DNA of 63,251 bases, filler included, from Octopus bimaculoides (GCF_001194135.2; 4 parts of 4 records of this genome joined end to end with filler, not necessarily neighbours in it), one strand, 5' to 3'. Counted from the first letter of the whole stretch, positions 41,405 through 54,117 are shown. The notes: a model not told the origin generated them from the sequence alone. Made by a program: numbers and translations.

Positions 41405-41750
41405 TAGGAGAATGGGCTCCAACTACAACAGTTGATTTATTAATTATTTTGAGGACCATTTTCACCGGACCCACCTTGGTGCTTACAGTCGTTGCAGTGA
41501 TGACTGTACACCTACTCACCCTCAGTGTTTGTGATAACGTCTATCCTACTTTAGAATTCACTTCGGCACATTGTACTGCCTTCGTTTTTGTTTACAACCT
41601 TTATTTCTTCATCCTGTCTTTTACAAACCCACCGAAACCTACTCCTATCTTGATTTCCCCGAAACCCACCTCATTCATTTATACTCACAATTCCTCCAAC
41701 TCCAGGAACCAAGACTTTGTCTTGATGCTAAGTCGTATAAAATGATCTGC
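41405..41750 (+). mobile_element. PLE reverse transcriptase remnant (Neptune-like)
   Basis: RMGS...YSRCSDDC (~RYIDDC), YPTLEFT (~HP.L.FT), VFYKPTETYSYLDF...YSQFLQL (~YKPTDSH.YL...PYSQFLRL). Confidence 0.65.
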
Positions 41751-42808
41751 TTCTTATAGGTGTTCTCGAATTTTAAAGTTTACAGCTTGGACATTGTTTT
41801 TCAAGTTGACGATGCAGTACACTTTAAAGCGGCAAAAAAGATACACATATGTGTATAATTACATATGAAAATAAGTGCTCCTGGTGGTATTTATCAAGAA
41901 AGTTCATTACTTCAGGAATACATTATATAGTGGATTCAAAATCTTTAACAGATTATTCGAAAAATTTGATAAGTAGAGGTGTTGAAAATTTAAAAACAGC
42001 AATCAATGGAAATAAGTCGAATGTGATTCGTTGATCAAAATTTTTGAACTATATAAAGATGTGTTGGTGATACTGGAAGTCTTTAACAAAGCATATTTTA
42101 CTCAGATGGCAAAACTAAGGATGTATATAGAAACCGAGGAAATATAGTATGTACGTATTGACATTGACTATATTACATTATTATATTGCATTATGGCTAA
42201 ATGAAAATATTTCAAGGTGGCGTTCTGTAAACAAAATACACATGTTGGGATATTACACATGTTATACAGTGAGTTGAAAAACTTCGACTAAATAAAATTA
42301 TGAAAGTAATTTGTTGACTAAAGCCCCATTCAAGAAATGTTCAAATATTTAAAAATAATAAAGAAAGTTAACTCTAATATGATGAGTTGATTACAATTTT
42401 AGGCAATATAAACAAGGCAGGTTGGAGTGGATCTGGTCTACAAAGCCAATTGATGAAAGGAATAATATGCTTCTGTTTTATTAGACCTCTTCAGCTTTAT
42501 AGTTTTTATTGCCGATATTACTTTAGGTACTGACACAAGTTAATCGATATATACACAACATATTTTTGTGGCAGGAAAAAAGATAATTTGGCACCTACCT
42601 TAGAAACTTTTGTCAGAAAAATATTAAAGAAATTAAATCAGAGTGAGTGTAAGATAGGTCTCTAAAGCAATTACGTCTTGCAAATATTATCTTTTTGAAG
42701 TGCGAAGGAAATGGAAATGGAGAAATTTCCGAAATATCTTGTGTTCATTAGCAAATTGGTAAATATCTATTTTAGTCTGAGTTTCAAACGCACAAACGCG
42801 CGCGCACG

Positions 42809-42849
<41 letters not shown>

Positions 42850-42891
42850 GCACGCACGCNNNNNNNNNNNNNNNNNNNNNNNNNNNNNNNN

Positions 42892-42944
<53 letters not shown>

Positions 42945-43599
42945 CGGAAGCAAACATTAAAATAAAGAATAAAGAAAATAATGTATGACAAATATGACTG
43001 ATAGAGAATATAATGGTGTTTTTCTTTATAAATTTTTAGTTAAAATCATTATTTTATGATATTTCTCACAATTTGGCAATTAGGAGCAAGTTCACTTGAT
43101 GTCATGACATATTTTCTTGCATTTCTTCTCTAAACATAGAATTTATAATATTTATTGCTATTTCTCACTGGTATCTAGACAAACAAACTATCATGTGACC
43201 AGAACCAATGCTTAGTAATAAATTATAACAAGCACGTCTCTAGAAAAATCAATATGCATGTAAATAATAATATTAAAATATAACAAGAATGTTTCTGTGA
43301 TTTATCACTTCAGTTTTCTACAATATTTGCTTTAATCTTACAAAGATCAATTTTTTCCAAGAAATTGCTGACTTTATAAAAAAAGCATGAAGTTGTATTT
43401 CACAAGGAGAATATCTTTCAGATGTAACCGTTAAGTTATTACACTCTTTTGCTTTGTAAACTTTGCATTTAAAGCAGGTATCGAAAACAAAAGTCATTCT
43501 AAATGATACGGTAAAATTCATCTTTCAAAGAAACTAGCAAAGGCCAGTACCAGTTACAATTAGAAGAGATTGTGGATGAATACTTTGATGAGTCCAATA

Positions 43600-43727
43600 T
43601 GAGAGCGGTAGAATAAGTACTAGGCTTACAAAGAATAAGTCCTGGGGTCGATTTGTTCGACTAAAAGTGGTGCTCCAGCATGGCCACAGTCAAATGAGTG
43701 AAACAAGTAAACGAATAAAAGAATATA
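43600..43727 (+). mobile_element. SINE family B, 3' tail
   Basis: AATAAGTACTAGGCTTACAAAGAATAAGTCCTGGGGTCGATTTG...CTCCAGCATGGCCACAGTCAAATGA. Confidence 0.85.
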
Positions 43728-43759
43728 TATATATATATGCGATCCCTGCGTAAAACATC

Positions 43760-44267
43760 TTCATCAAAATGCAACTTAGACTGTCAAGTCATCTTTCACG
43801 TATGAGTGATATCAGAATTCCAAAGCAACTTCACTTTGGCCAATTCCCAACAGGATGGTCATTTGGAAGGCCACTCTTGCGCTTCAAAGACAGACTAAAA
43901 GATAATCTGAAGCGATGAAACATACCCTTTTCTTCTTGGGCAAATAATGCATTAGAACGCAGAACCAGGGGCCATTGGGACCAACTTCATGCAAACATGA
44001 AAGCACGCTGGCAAAACGCCGCTCTTGTAAATGAAAACCTTACTTGTCCCCGTGGTTTTGTAACACGGAGCAAAGCAGGCCTTGTCGTCCACTTAAGAAA
44101 ACGCAAATGATCCACAGGTACTCGAGAAAACTGAATCCTAAACTTGTTAAATTTGCCAAAAGATTTGCAAGCGACCAGCAAGCATCAAGAAACATGCGTG
44201 TCCATAGAACAAGATCACTGCTTTATTTTACTAAATCCTCCTTTGTCGTTCACGACGAGAGAATACA

Positions 44268-44270
<3 letters not shown>
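43760..44270 (+). mobile_element. RTE (BovB-like) 3' remnant with 3' UTR ending at (CA)n
   Basis: MQLRLSSHLSRMSDIRIPKQLHFG...GRPLLRFKDRLKDNLK...W...ALER, then the zinc-finger remnant CPRGFVTRSKAGLVVHLRK. Confidence 0.85.
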
Positions 44271-44362
<92 letters not shown>

Positions 44363-44495
44363 GAATAATTACTGTGAAACATTCTGTAGAATATATTGTA
44401 TAAAAGATCATGGGTAAGGCCAACAACAATGCGAAGTAAATGCAAGGTAAATCACAAGAAAACAAATATGTGAATTAATGTAGACTTACTTTGCA

Positions 44496-44531
44496 TTCAA
44501 TATTTCGGGGTTATGGCCCCATTTTCAAGAA
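44496..44531 (-). ncRNA. Minimal type I hammerhead ribozyme, U3:A8 core variant
   Basis: UUC-UUGAAAA-U-GGGG(CCAUAA)CCCC-GAAA-UAUU-GAA; palindromic stem III AAUAUU; located in a pLTR. Confidence 0.65.
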
Positions 44532-45512
44532 ATTAACGAATGTTGCCGATGTGCGTGTGTGTAAGCGTGTGTAGAGTGGACATGCGCAGAATGTTTTCTA
44601 TTAGCGGCTTTTCTATAGAATTTGGTAAATATGGAGCCTTCCTCTGTGATCTTCAGTTGGAAGTCGAGTAGAGAGAGGGTTGAAAACTTTTCGTCCGCTC
44701 AACCTTGCCCACCAGAGCCAAAGCCGCATACGTGAGAAACAAGATTGCACGTATAAACAACAATTGCAGCAACGTGACTGACAAAGCTGTCTACACCAAA
44801 TAGTTCCTCAGAGCTCTAATCCGTCATGGCTACCCACCACCTTTAGCTAAGCAACTGTGCCTGAAGAACTTCAAGGTCAATAAATCCCGGAAGAACTAGC
44901 ATACTCCCAAGTCTGGCACGTGCTTCCTAAAGGTACCACACTTTGACGACAGAACTACTGCAGTGATACAACACGCGGTCCGCAGGGAAGGACTCGACAT
45001 ACAGATAGTGCACACCCGCCCTTCCCTGAGAAAAACACCTCTCACTATTCTGAAGAGTGCACATTGTCGAACTGCCCCATCAATGACCCTGAATTGTGCC
45101 AGAGGACCTATATCGTATATGAGATCATCTGTGCCAAATGTGGCGCATCCTACATCGGAAGCACAAGANNNNNNNNNNATGAGATCATCTGTGCCAAATG
45201 TGGCGCATCCTACATCGGAAGCACAAGAAAACTGCATGTACGCATTAAGGAAAACATGCAGGCAGACACTTCCGTGAAGAAACATCTACGGATATGCTAG
45301 ACCCGGGAGTTCACAGTGCACATCAAGGCAACACAGCGGAACAGGGGCAACCTTAGAATCTCTGAGGCTATCCTCATATACCAAAAAGAAACCCAAGATC
45401 AATAATAGAAAGGAGTTACAGGAAGCTAGCTGGTTGCTATAGCAACACCCTTCTGCGCATGTCCACTCCACACACGCTCACACACACACGCACATCGGCA
45501 ACATTCGTCAAT

Positions 45513-45548
45513 TTCTTGAAAATGGGGTCATAACCCCGTAATATTGAA
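45513..45548 (+). ncRNA. Second copy of the same hammerhead, core mutated (GAAA>GUAA)
   Basis: TTCTTGAAAATGGGGTCATAACCCCGTAATATTGAA. Confidence 0.55.
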
Positions 45549-45638
45549 TACAAGGTAAGTCTACATTAATTCACATATTTGTTTTCTTGTGATTTACTTT
45601 GCATTTACTTCGCATTGTTTTGGCCTTACCCACGATCT

Positions 45639-45675
<37 letters not shown>

Positions 45676-45734
45676 NNNNNNNNNNNNNNNNNNNNNNNNN
45701 NNNNNNNNNNNNNNNNNNNNNNNNNNNNNATATT

Positions 45735-45970
45735 TGTGTGTGTGTGGCTGTGTTTTCCAACCACCACCACCACCACCACCACCACCATCATCACCTGGCA
45801 ACTGGTATTGGTGTGTTTACGTATACTCGAAATCTAGCAGTTAGGCGAAAAAGAATAAGTACCAGGCTTTAAAAAATAAGTACTGGGGTCGATTTGTTCG
45901 ACAAAAATTCTTCAAAAAATTCTTCCAAAATTCAGTAAGGCCGCGGACTGAAACAAGTAAAAAATAAAAG
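45735..45970 (+). mobile_element. SINE family B, 3' part
   Basis: GGTGTGTTTACGT...AATAAGTACCAGGCTT...TACTGGGGTCGATTTG...GACTGAAACAAGTAAAA. Confidence 0.8.
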
Positions 45971-46185
45971 GTATTGCAGTTGCAAATGTGAAGTGTGTCG
46001 GTGCGAGAGATGAGGCCGAGAGATTGAGATGAGGCCGAGAGATTGGTATAAGGAGCGGAAACTAAAGGTGGAGAGGAGATGCAGAAAGAGTCAACAGTTA
46101 AATCCACAGAGAGGAAGGTGGTGTTCACTGTGCATAAAGGTAGCAGAGGACAACATACATACTACATTCGAAAAGTTATTGTATT

Positions 46186-46250
<65 letters not shown>

Positions 46251-47290
46251 GGAGAGGGATAAGGAAAGAGGGAATGTGTGAGTGAGGTGTCGTGTAAACA
46301 GGGAGAAAGCTAAGAATTGGAGAGAAGCAGCAAGATCCGAGACTTGCTAGAGGTTTTCGTTCATCTCATACCCTGACCATGCGTCATTTTCTGGTCTTCT
46401 CTGTCACCCTCACGACACCATCTCCTTACATTAAGCATTTTATGAGATTCTTTAACTTAAATGTTTTAAAAATGCATATTGGACGAAGTTGGTCTTTGTT
46501 TCTCATTCCTTTTAATTACCATTTCCTTCCATCTTCTCTCTCTCTCTTGAATGCTACGTTCTTTCTCTGTTTGAATCGAGCTTTTACTCCGGCCTCCCTT
46601 CTCTCTCCTATTCTAGTTTCCACTGCCATCGTTCTCCTAGCTGACTATATCACACTACTTCACATTTAGTAGTCTGATAACTTTCTACATTGCTCCTCAC
46701 ATGACTTCAATTTTTTTTTCATTTACATAATTGCAACCAAAGCAACAACACTACTTTCTCTCTTTACTTCTTTGATGAAAGATTAGGAATCGATATTCTA
46801 TAGTCTTCTCTCCTTAAACTGAACATATCGAACTCTTATATTTACTTTCCTATGATATGAACGGGACTCAATACCTGTGAATTCATTCGCTCCTACATCG
46901 ATAGACTTCCAAATTAGTAAATACTCCACTCCTTTTCTTACTTTCTAGAATCTTAGTTTTGTCAGTCAGATACTTCATAGTACCTTCCTTATTTACTCAG
47001 TTTATAGTTTTACTTATCCTTCTGAGTAAAACACAAACACGTCCTAAGCGTTTTATTGATTTCTGAAAGAAAAAGTAAGAAAGAAAAGTAAGTCAGTTTA
47101 TACAGCAGAAAATATTTGCTGCTTCGAAAATCCTTCCCTTTCAAGAACCTGAGAGGATTGACTTTTTGCAGTGTGATCAGAATTCAAAATTCACTTCAAC
47201 AATATAATTGGTTTTCGTATCCTTTGAGTTATTCTGTGTGAGTTTAGGAAACACGCATTAGGAAGCATGTCTCATTATTAGATCTCATTC

Positions 47291-47512
47291 AAAGGCGGTG
47301 AGCTGGCGGAATCGTTGGCACGCCAGGCAAAATACTCAGCGGCATTTCATCCGCCTTCACCCACTGAGTTCAACTTTCGCTGTGAACGATTTTGCAGTTC
47401 ATCTTTTTGGGGTCAATAAAATAAGTAGTAGTTGAGTTCTGGGGTCGATGTAAACGACTATTCCCCCTCCTTCAAAATTTCAGGCATTGTGTCTATAGTA
47501 GAAAGGATTATT
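47291..47512 (+). mobile_element. SINE family A
   Basis: AAAGGCGGTGAGCTGGCGGAATCGTT...TCTATAGTAGAAAGGATTATT. Confidence 0.9.
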
Positions 47513-48654
47513 GTATCTCGTTCAATTTATATTGAAAAATATTTTTAATCACTGTTGAAGTTTTTGTCTGTAATCCAGTGTCATCTGGAAGCAGCTTTAC
47601 TTGAGAATTGGTCGGAGTCGTTAACACTAGAACTCTAGTGCAATCAGAGACCAAAGTACTCATCTTATTGGTTATATGTTGTGGATAGCTTTTATTAACT
47701 AAGTGACATACTTATTGCTGGTAATAGTTGTAGTGAGGGCAGCGCAATGAGTAGGAATGGAACGGAAAGTATTTGAATCTCAATTATCAACAATGTGTTT
47801 ATCTCTGTGTTAGGCAACTTTATGAGATATATGTACAAAGTGTGATTGTGGATTGTAGGGACACATATACAATAGATAAAGAGAAATCTGTACTGTTTTC
47901 TCCATTGCATTTAAAGAGCATAGTTAGAGAACAGTTGGGATATAAATGAATAAGCTGATGGGTGCAAAAAGACAGTCGCAATGGTGTATTCAGTTGATAA
48001 ATTACACCTGCAGGGTATAAAAGAGTATTGTTTATTGCCAATGGAATGTATTCAAGATATACGAAAACTAAACCAAGAATCCGACATGATAGGAGTCAAA
48101 GAAAATATGATGCAACCAATACCAGCATAGAAAATAGGACGACAAAATGACCGCGATTAACCACTTCGTTCATTCCAATTTTCTTGCAAACTCTTACCAA
48201 CAGTCTTGAATACCTTAGAGTCATCAAACAAACGATTGTATATAATTTCAATTAATCAATGCCATATTAATAATTTTAATTGCTTATTAATGAAGTTAGA
48301 GCTTGGTCAACTGAATTCAAGGAAATTATAGAATTCCCAATCGAATACATGTTGTCTCAAACACTTGAAAACTGTTCTGTTCCTTCAGGACTTCAAAATA
48401 TCTTATACGAAGGAATAACTATCTATTGATTGGTAACTGTGTTGATACACAACTCCGTCAACTCCGTCTGTTCTGTTGCAGAAGTTTTGCAACATAATAA
48501 CTTTGACTGACAAAATTTGTCCCTAAACTTTTTTTGTGTATTACTGAACCAGTAAGGAGAATACTTCCACAGCACACAGAATAATAATAGAAAATGATAA
48601 GGTTTCTTGATTTCATCTTTTTATTAAATCATACGCACATAAAATGCTCACATA

Positions 48655-48930
48655 TATAATGTGCTGCAGACAAAGTGAAAGCACGCTCCTTCTTTATCAA
48701 GAGCTTTAACCACCTACTTCATAATTTCCTGGTTGAACTAAAGGCTCTTCAACCACATCAAAAGACCCTGGAACTAATGTTTGCTGTGGCCATTCTTTGA
48801 TCACCCAATGTTCTCAGGCTCTTCTGTCCTACATACATAGAAGCATTGATATTTGGAGTATCCACTTTGTTACCCCGGGAGAAAATTGACCATCTTAAAG
48901 TCTACGCATATCACCCATTGATGATTGGAG
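48655..48930 (-). mobile_element. Chapaev3-like (CMC) DNA transposase remnant
   Basis: HQWVICVDFKMVNFLPG*QSGYSKYQCF...KEWP...PG...EPLV...VKALDKEGACF matches the remembered pattern W.IC.DLK...LLG.Q.GYTK.CF...WP...PG...PLV...FVKAL; family name is from memory. Confidence 0.7.
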
Positions 48931-49082
48931 GTGGTGATGGTGGTGTTGGATGTCTTGAAATCTAGACGTGATGGTAAAAAAATAGATTCCACTTTTGGAT
49001 TCAACATATGAACAACCCTTCAAATCAGATTAAAACGTCCTGACAGGAAAAACTCGTGTGTGTTTGTAATATTTTCTGAAGC

Positions 49083-49144
<62 letters not shown>

Positions 49145-49153
49145 GTATCTGTG

Positions 49154-49185
<32 letters not shown>

Positions 49186-49187
49186 TG

Positions 49188-49256
<69 letters not shown>

Positions 49257-49990
49257 AGGAAGGCCGGTTTATGGAATTATGTGTGTGCGTGTATGTGTAT
49301 GTGTGTGTGTGTGTTTTTCTTTTCCAACTTGTTTATATATACACATACGATAAAACATTTTGCTGGCAGAATATGTATTCATACATATGTGTATGCATGT
49401 ACATAAGCAAATCTTGCGTTTATTTAACTTTCTCAGATACAAGAGGGGCTTTCCATCAACAAATTAGTGTACTCTATGAAATTTGGATTATATTTGGAAA
49501 CTTATTTGAGTGTCAATTGTTGTACTTAAGAAAAGCTTTGTCTTATAGATTGAATTAATACAGAAACCATTAATATATCTTTTACTATACGTGTTGAACT
49601 TGCCCTGTTTTTAAAAATAAATTTGTAACATAACCAAATACACTAATAATTAAATGGTGATAAACAAATATCAGAGCGTATAACTGCGCAACGGTTTACA
49701 AAACTATAATTTTAAATAATGCAGTTACAAATGACTTGCTCTCATTGTTGACTCACATTAAAATATGACGAATAACGGAAAATTACCAATGTGTAAAATA
49801 GGTCATTCAAATTCAAGGTTGATTCTTTTGATTGATTGTCAGTTTGTTGACCAATTCTATCACACGTATATTTAATCCAAGATTGACAAGGTTCAGGCCA
49901 GTATGACCTCTGCCAACTCGATGGAATGCGTCAAAAAGTAAATATTGGGACACATAAGATAACGATTGGTTTTAGGATCATATGCAAAAT

Positions 49991-50150
49991 AGTTGTCATC
50001 AGCACAACAGTTATCCGATCTTATATCCAGTAGCCAAGGGGCTTAGGCTTATACATAAATGTGCTCTTGTATTCTACTCTTTTTGTATAAGTTTAAGTCC
50101 CTTGGCTATTGGAGATATGATCGAACAATTGTCATGCTTATGATGGCTAC
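49991..50150. mobile_element. ~160-bp fold-back MITE-like element
   Basis: ~60-bp imperfect inverted arms (..CGATCTTATATCCAGTAGCCAAGGGGCTTAGGCTTATACA / TGTATAAGTTTAAGTCCCTTGGCTATTGGAGATATGATCG..) around a ~30-bp loop. Confidence 0.7.
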
Positions 50151-51063
50151 TGAACCAGAAACACGCGTTCATGACTCTCATCCCATCCCCCGACAATAAG
50201 CTTGCTCTTTTCTTTAATAGCAAGTCAGCTTTGAAGAAATTCTTGAATCTTGAAATTATCTCCCCTTCTCAAGTGCAGCTGATTTTAATTGCCATTCAGT
50301 AATTATGATACATGCTCTAAAGACGGAGATAATTTTACTAGATCAAGAATGCATGTTGCATAGTATTTTACATACCTGTATTTGTCTATATGGAGAAAAA
50401 GGCTGAGTTCTGCCAAAGACGTGTGAAGTAAGTGATGAAATATTAATCGTCTAGCAAACTATTGGTCTACCACCTATGGACAGAATCATTTTCAAGAACT
50501 GATGGGGCTGATTTATGATTACAGCAACACTTCTAAGAAATATGGTAATATCGTTGTGAGTTATGCGCTTTCTTCGTAGTTTGGATACCCGGTCAAAAAT
50601 CCCGTTTTGCTTATTTGGGGAATACATTAACTTTACAGTAGCCCGATATTCTAATAACATATAGCCTTGTGCTAAATGATGGAAACCAATACTTGGAAAT
50701 GGAAGTCACAAACAAGATTTCTCAATCAGTTAAGCAAAATGATAAGACATTTAATAGCGGATCAAACCAAAGAATTATTTTCTTATAAGCAAATCTATGT
50801 TTTATATATATATAAAAAAATAACGTATTGTTCATGAGAACATTACTTTAAAGTAAAACACGACGTATGCAATTACATCGCTATATCAACCTGTCTACGT
50901 CATTGTAAAATTATTTTTTCTCCTTAATAGATTCTTTACGAAATTTCAGATGTGGTGGTGGTGATAGTGGTGGGGAAATAATTGATTCAATAATCTATTT
51001 ATTGGCAATGAGCACATGACAAAGAGAGAAAGGAGCTGATCGATTCTGTATTAAATACACAGA

Positions 51064-51139
<76 letters not shown>

Positions 51140-51294
51140 CATCTAGCTAGCTAGATAGATAGATGCAGCATATTTTAGGTCTTCTTTGCAAAAAATAAAA
51201 GATTTAGAGGGCGCGATCTTTATAAATCCATGTTAACATATACTAACACATATTTAAAGGAGCATTTTTGTGTGTAAATATGTGAACACACACA

Positions 51295-51404
<110 letters not shown>

Positions 51405-53389
51405 CACATATGTATATATATATATATATATAGAAGAAAAATAAATGAAATTAGGTAAAAAGAATGATTTAAGTAGGTCAATGACATGAATTTATCCAAA
51501 TAAGCTTAGGGACCATAGAGTGGATGGCGTACTTAAAAAACGCTCAATTGATATATCCTTCGCAGTTGAAAAGAGAAAACGAAAAGCTAACATTAATTGT
51601 TAGCTAATATTAGTTTCAAGATATTAAGAATAAGTGTCACAAAATATTTCCACATTCCGAGGCGAAAATCTGATTATTGTTTGCAAGTAAGAGAGATAGC
51701 TACGATCATGTTTTAGTCTTATTGAACATCATCAGCACAGCAGAGTCTACTTAAGTCTGCTTTGACTAATTGGAAAAGTTTTTATATATAAAAAGGAATT
51801 ACGCAGAGTATTTCAATGTTAGTAATTAAAAAAAAAATGTTATTAGAAAGCAACTCAAGTTATCCAATAATATATGAATAAATAACAGCGTACAGAATAA
51901 CGGACGCAAGAAAACTTCAAATTAATTGAAATTACCCTTCAGTGGTAATCATTAATGAATCTCAAAGAGCCTGGGAGACAATTTCGAGAAATTGAGAATT
52001 AAATTTTCCAAAATTAATTTATATGCCTAGGGAAAACCATATTCTTTGTTTGCAGGGAAGGCGACAGTTAAGCACAGCATAATGTTTTCTCTCACCAACT
52101 AACACAAGCATTTCATTTAACTGAGAAGTTTTTTGTATGTCATTCAGTGCGTCACACCGTAACATTTTTACAAATAAACACCTATCCCCCCATATATATA
52201 TATATANNNNNNNNNNNNNNNNNNNNNNNNNNNNNNNNNNNNNNNNNNNNNNNNNNNNNNNNNNNNNNNNNNNNNNNNNNNNNNNNNNNNNNNNNNNNNN
52301 NNNNNNNNNNNNNNNNNNNNNNNNNNNNNNNNNNNNNNNNNNNNNNNNNNNNNNNNNNNNNNNNNNNNNNNNNNNNNNNNNNNNNNNNNNNNNNNNNNNN
52401 NNNNNNNNNNNNNNNNNNNNNNNNNNNNNNNNNNNNNNNNNNNNNNNNNNNNNNNNNNNNNNNNNNNNNNNNNNNNNNNNNNNNNNNNNNNNNNNNNNNN
52501 NNNNNNNNNNNNNNNNNNNNNNNNNNNNNNNNNNNNNNNNNNNNNNNNNNNNNNNNNNNNNNNNNNNNNNNNNNNNNNNNNNNNNNNNNNNNNNNNNNNN
52601 NNNNNNNNNNNNNNNNNNNNNNNNNNNNNNNNNNNNNNNNNNNNNNNNNNNNNNNNNNNNNNNNNNNNNNNNNNNNNNNNNNNNNNNNNNNNNNNNNNNN
52701 NNNNNNNNNNNNNNNNNNNNNNNNNNNNNNNNNNNNNNNNNNNNNNNNNNNNNNNNNNNNNNNNNNNNNNNNNNNNNNNNNNNNNNNNNNNNNNNNNNNN
52801 NNNNNNNNNNNGTAGTGGCGGACAAAAAACAAGACAGGAAAGCAAACAGAAAAGGCTTTACGGCTAGACGAGAAAAATTATGTGTGTATGAACGCTGTGA
52901 GGCACGAACTTGAAAGTAGGGACGAAGTGAGTTCGCGTGTTTGCTCGGCGATAGCCAAGGAAGAAAAGGATTATTGACCGGAAGCATGTGACCATGCCGA
53001 TGTAAGGGGAAGAGAGAGAGTGGTAGAGGGAGAAACAAAGGGAGGAAGTAGAAGAATAGGTGAGCAACGAGAGGAAAAGAGAAAGAGAGGAAGTACGAGG
53101 GGGAAAAAGAGATACGTAGTAGTAACAGAGGAAGAACGAGAGGGGTAAAGCGAGATACGTAGTAGTAAAGAGGAAGAAAAGCACCGTACAAGTAGAATTA
53201 TAAATAAGAATTAGTGGTACGACAAAGCACCAATGTTTGCTGGAAATAGCAGTCGATAACGATACGACACTATGTAAAGCTTCACTAGAATATATACTGG
53301 CGAAGATGTATGCGGGCAGCGAACGTAAAAAATTTTCATCTTATTTTCTGGCAGAACATTGTAAAAATGGACAACCCAGAATTGATAAT

Positions 53390-53459
53390 CTAGGACCCGA
53401 GTTTTGGACTTTCGAAAATACGGTTGTTATCGTAAATTTGATTAGTCCTCATCAGCTAG
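53390..53459 (-). ncRNA. Type I hammerhead ribozyme (copy with G12>A)
   Basis: CTAG-CTGATGA-GGAC...GTCC-AAAA-CTCGG-GTC-CTAG. Confidence 0.8.
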
Positions 53460-53804
53460 ATTCACATGTGACGAAATTTTAAAATATCACTACATGTCTG
53501 TATGTTCGGCTAAATGCCTAGCTGTTAACAACCGAGATCAGTGAAAAAGTTTTCTATAAAAAATTTAAATATCATTGCAATACAATAGTATCACTTTACA
53601 GCCAAATAGAGTACAGGTAGAATTATAAATAGGTTCAGGTAGAATTATAAATAAGAAATAGTAGTATGACAAGGCACTGATGATTGCTGGAAATAGCGGT
53701 CGATAACAATACAACGCTATGTAAAACTTCACTGATCTCGGTTGTTAACGGCTAGGCGTTTAGTCGAATATACTAGGAAGATGTAGCGATCGTCACAGGT
53801 GAAT

Positions 53805-53874
53805 CTAGCTGATGAAGACTAATCAAATTTATGATAGCAGCCGTAAATTCGAAAGTCCGAAACTCGAGTCCTAG
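53805..53874 (+). ncRNA. Type I hammerhead ribozyme (copy with G10.1>A)
   Basis: CTAG-CTGATGA-AGAC...GTCC-GAAA-CTCGA-GTC-CTAG; palindromic stem III ACTCGAGT; GUC site with predicted cleavage after 53870. Confidence 0.85.
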
Positions 53875-54117
53875 CTTGTCAATTCTGGGTTGTCCATTTT
53901 TACGATGTTCTGCCTAGAGGTGAGACGAAAATTTTTTATGTTCGCTGCCCGCGTGCATCTTTGCCACTATATATTTCAGTGAAGCTTTACATAGCGTCGT
54001 ATCGTTATCGACTGCTATTGTGTGGGGAAAGTGGGGGAAGATTGGGATGTTCGAGTAGAATAGAGAACAGAGGAAGGCAGGTTACAAGGGGATGGGAACA
54101 AGCAAGGAAGTGGTACT

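Larger units (their letters stand above)
44404..45639 (+). mobile_element. 5'-truncated PLE (Penelope/Poseidon-type CCHH GIY-YIG) with inverted pLTRs
   Basis: Plus-strand ORF remnant 44693-45442: thumb (RHGYP), linker (KVPHFD), endonuclease IVYEIICAKCGASYIGSTRKLHVRIKE..KKHL...ISEAILI. pLTR 45451-45639 is inverted at 44404-44591. An inverted RT piece (LSLLDFQLKITEEGSIFTKFYRKAANRK) lies at 44592-44690. Confidence 0.9.
53186..54019 (-). mobile_element. Orphan PLE-type pLTR array: ~425-447-bp tandem unit plus ~290-bp inverted copy, two hammerheads
   Basis: 53186-53286 is repeated directly at 53611-53733. 53245-53545 is inverted at 53728-54019. There is 7-nt microhomology (CAGTGAA) at the inversion junction. 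Confidence 0.8.

Noticed and set aside
45119-45228. Exact ~50-bp tandem duplication of the GIY-YIG core (EIICAKCGASYIGSTR twice)
   Set aside because: The copies flank a 10-N gap and are identical, which indicates an unmerged contig overlap.
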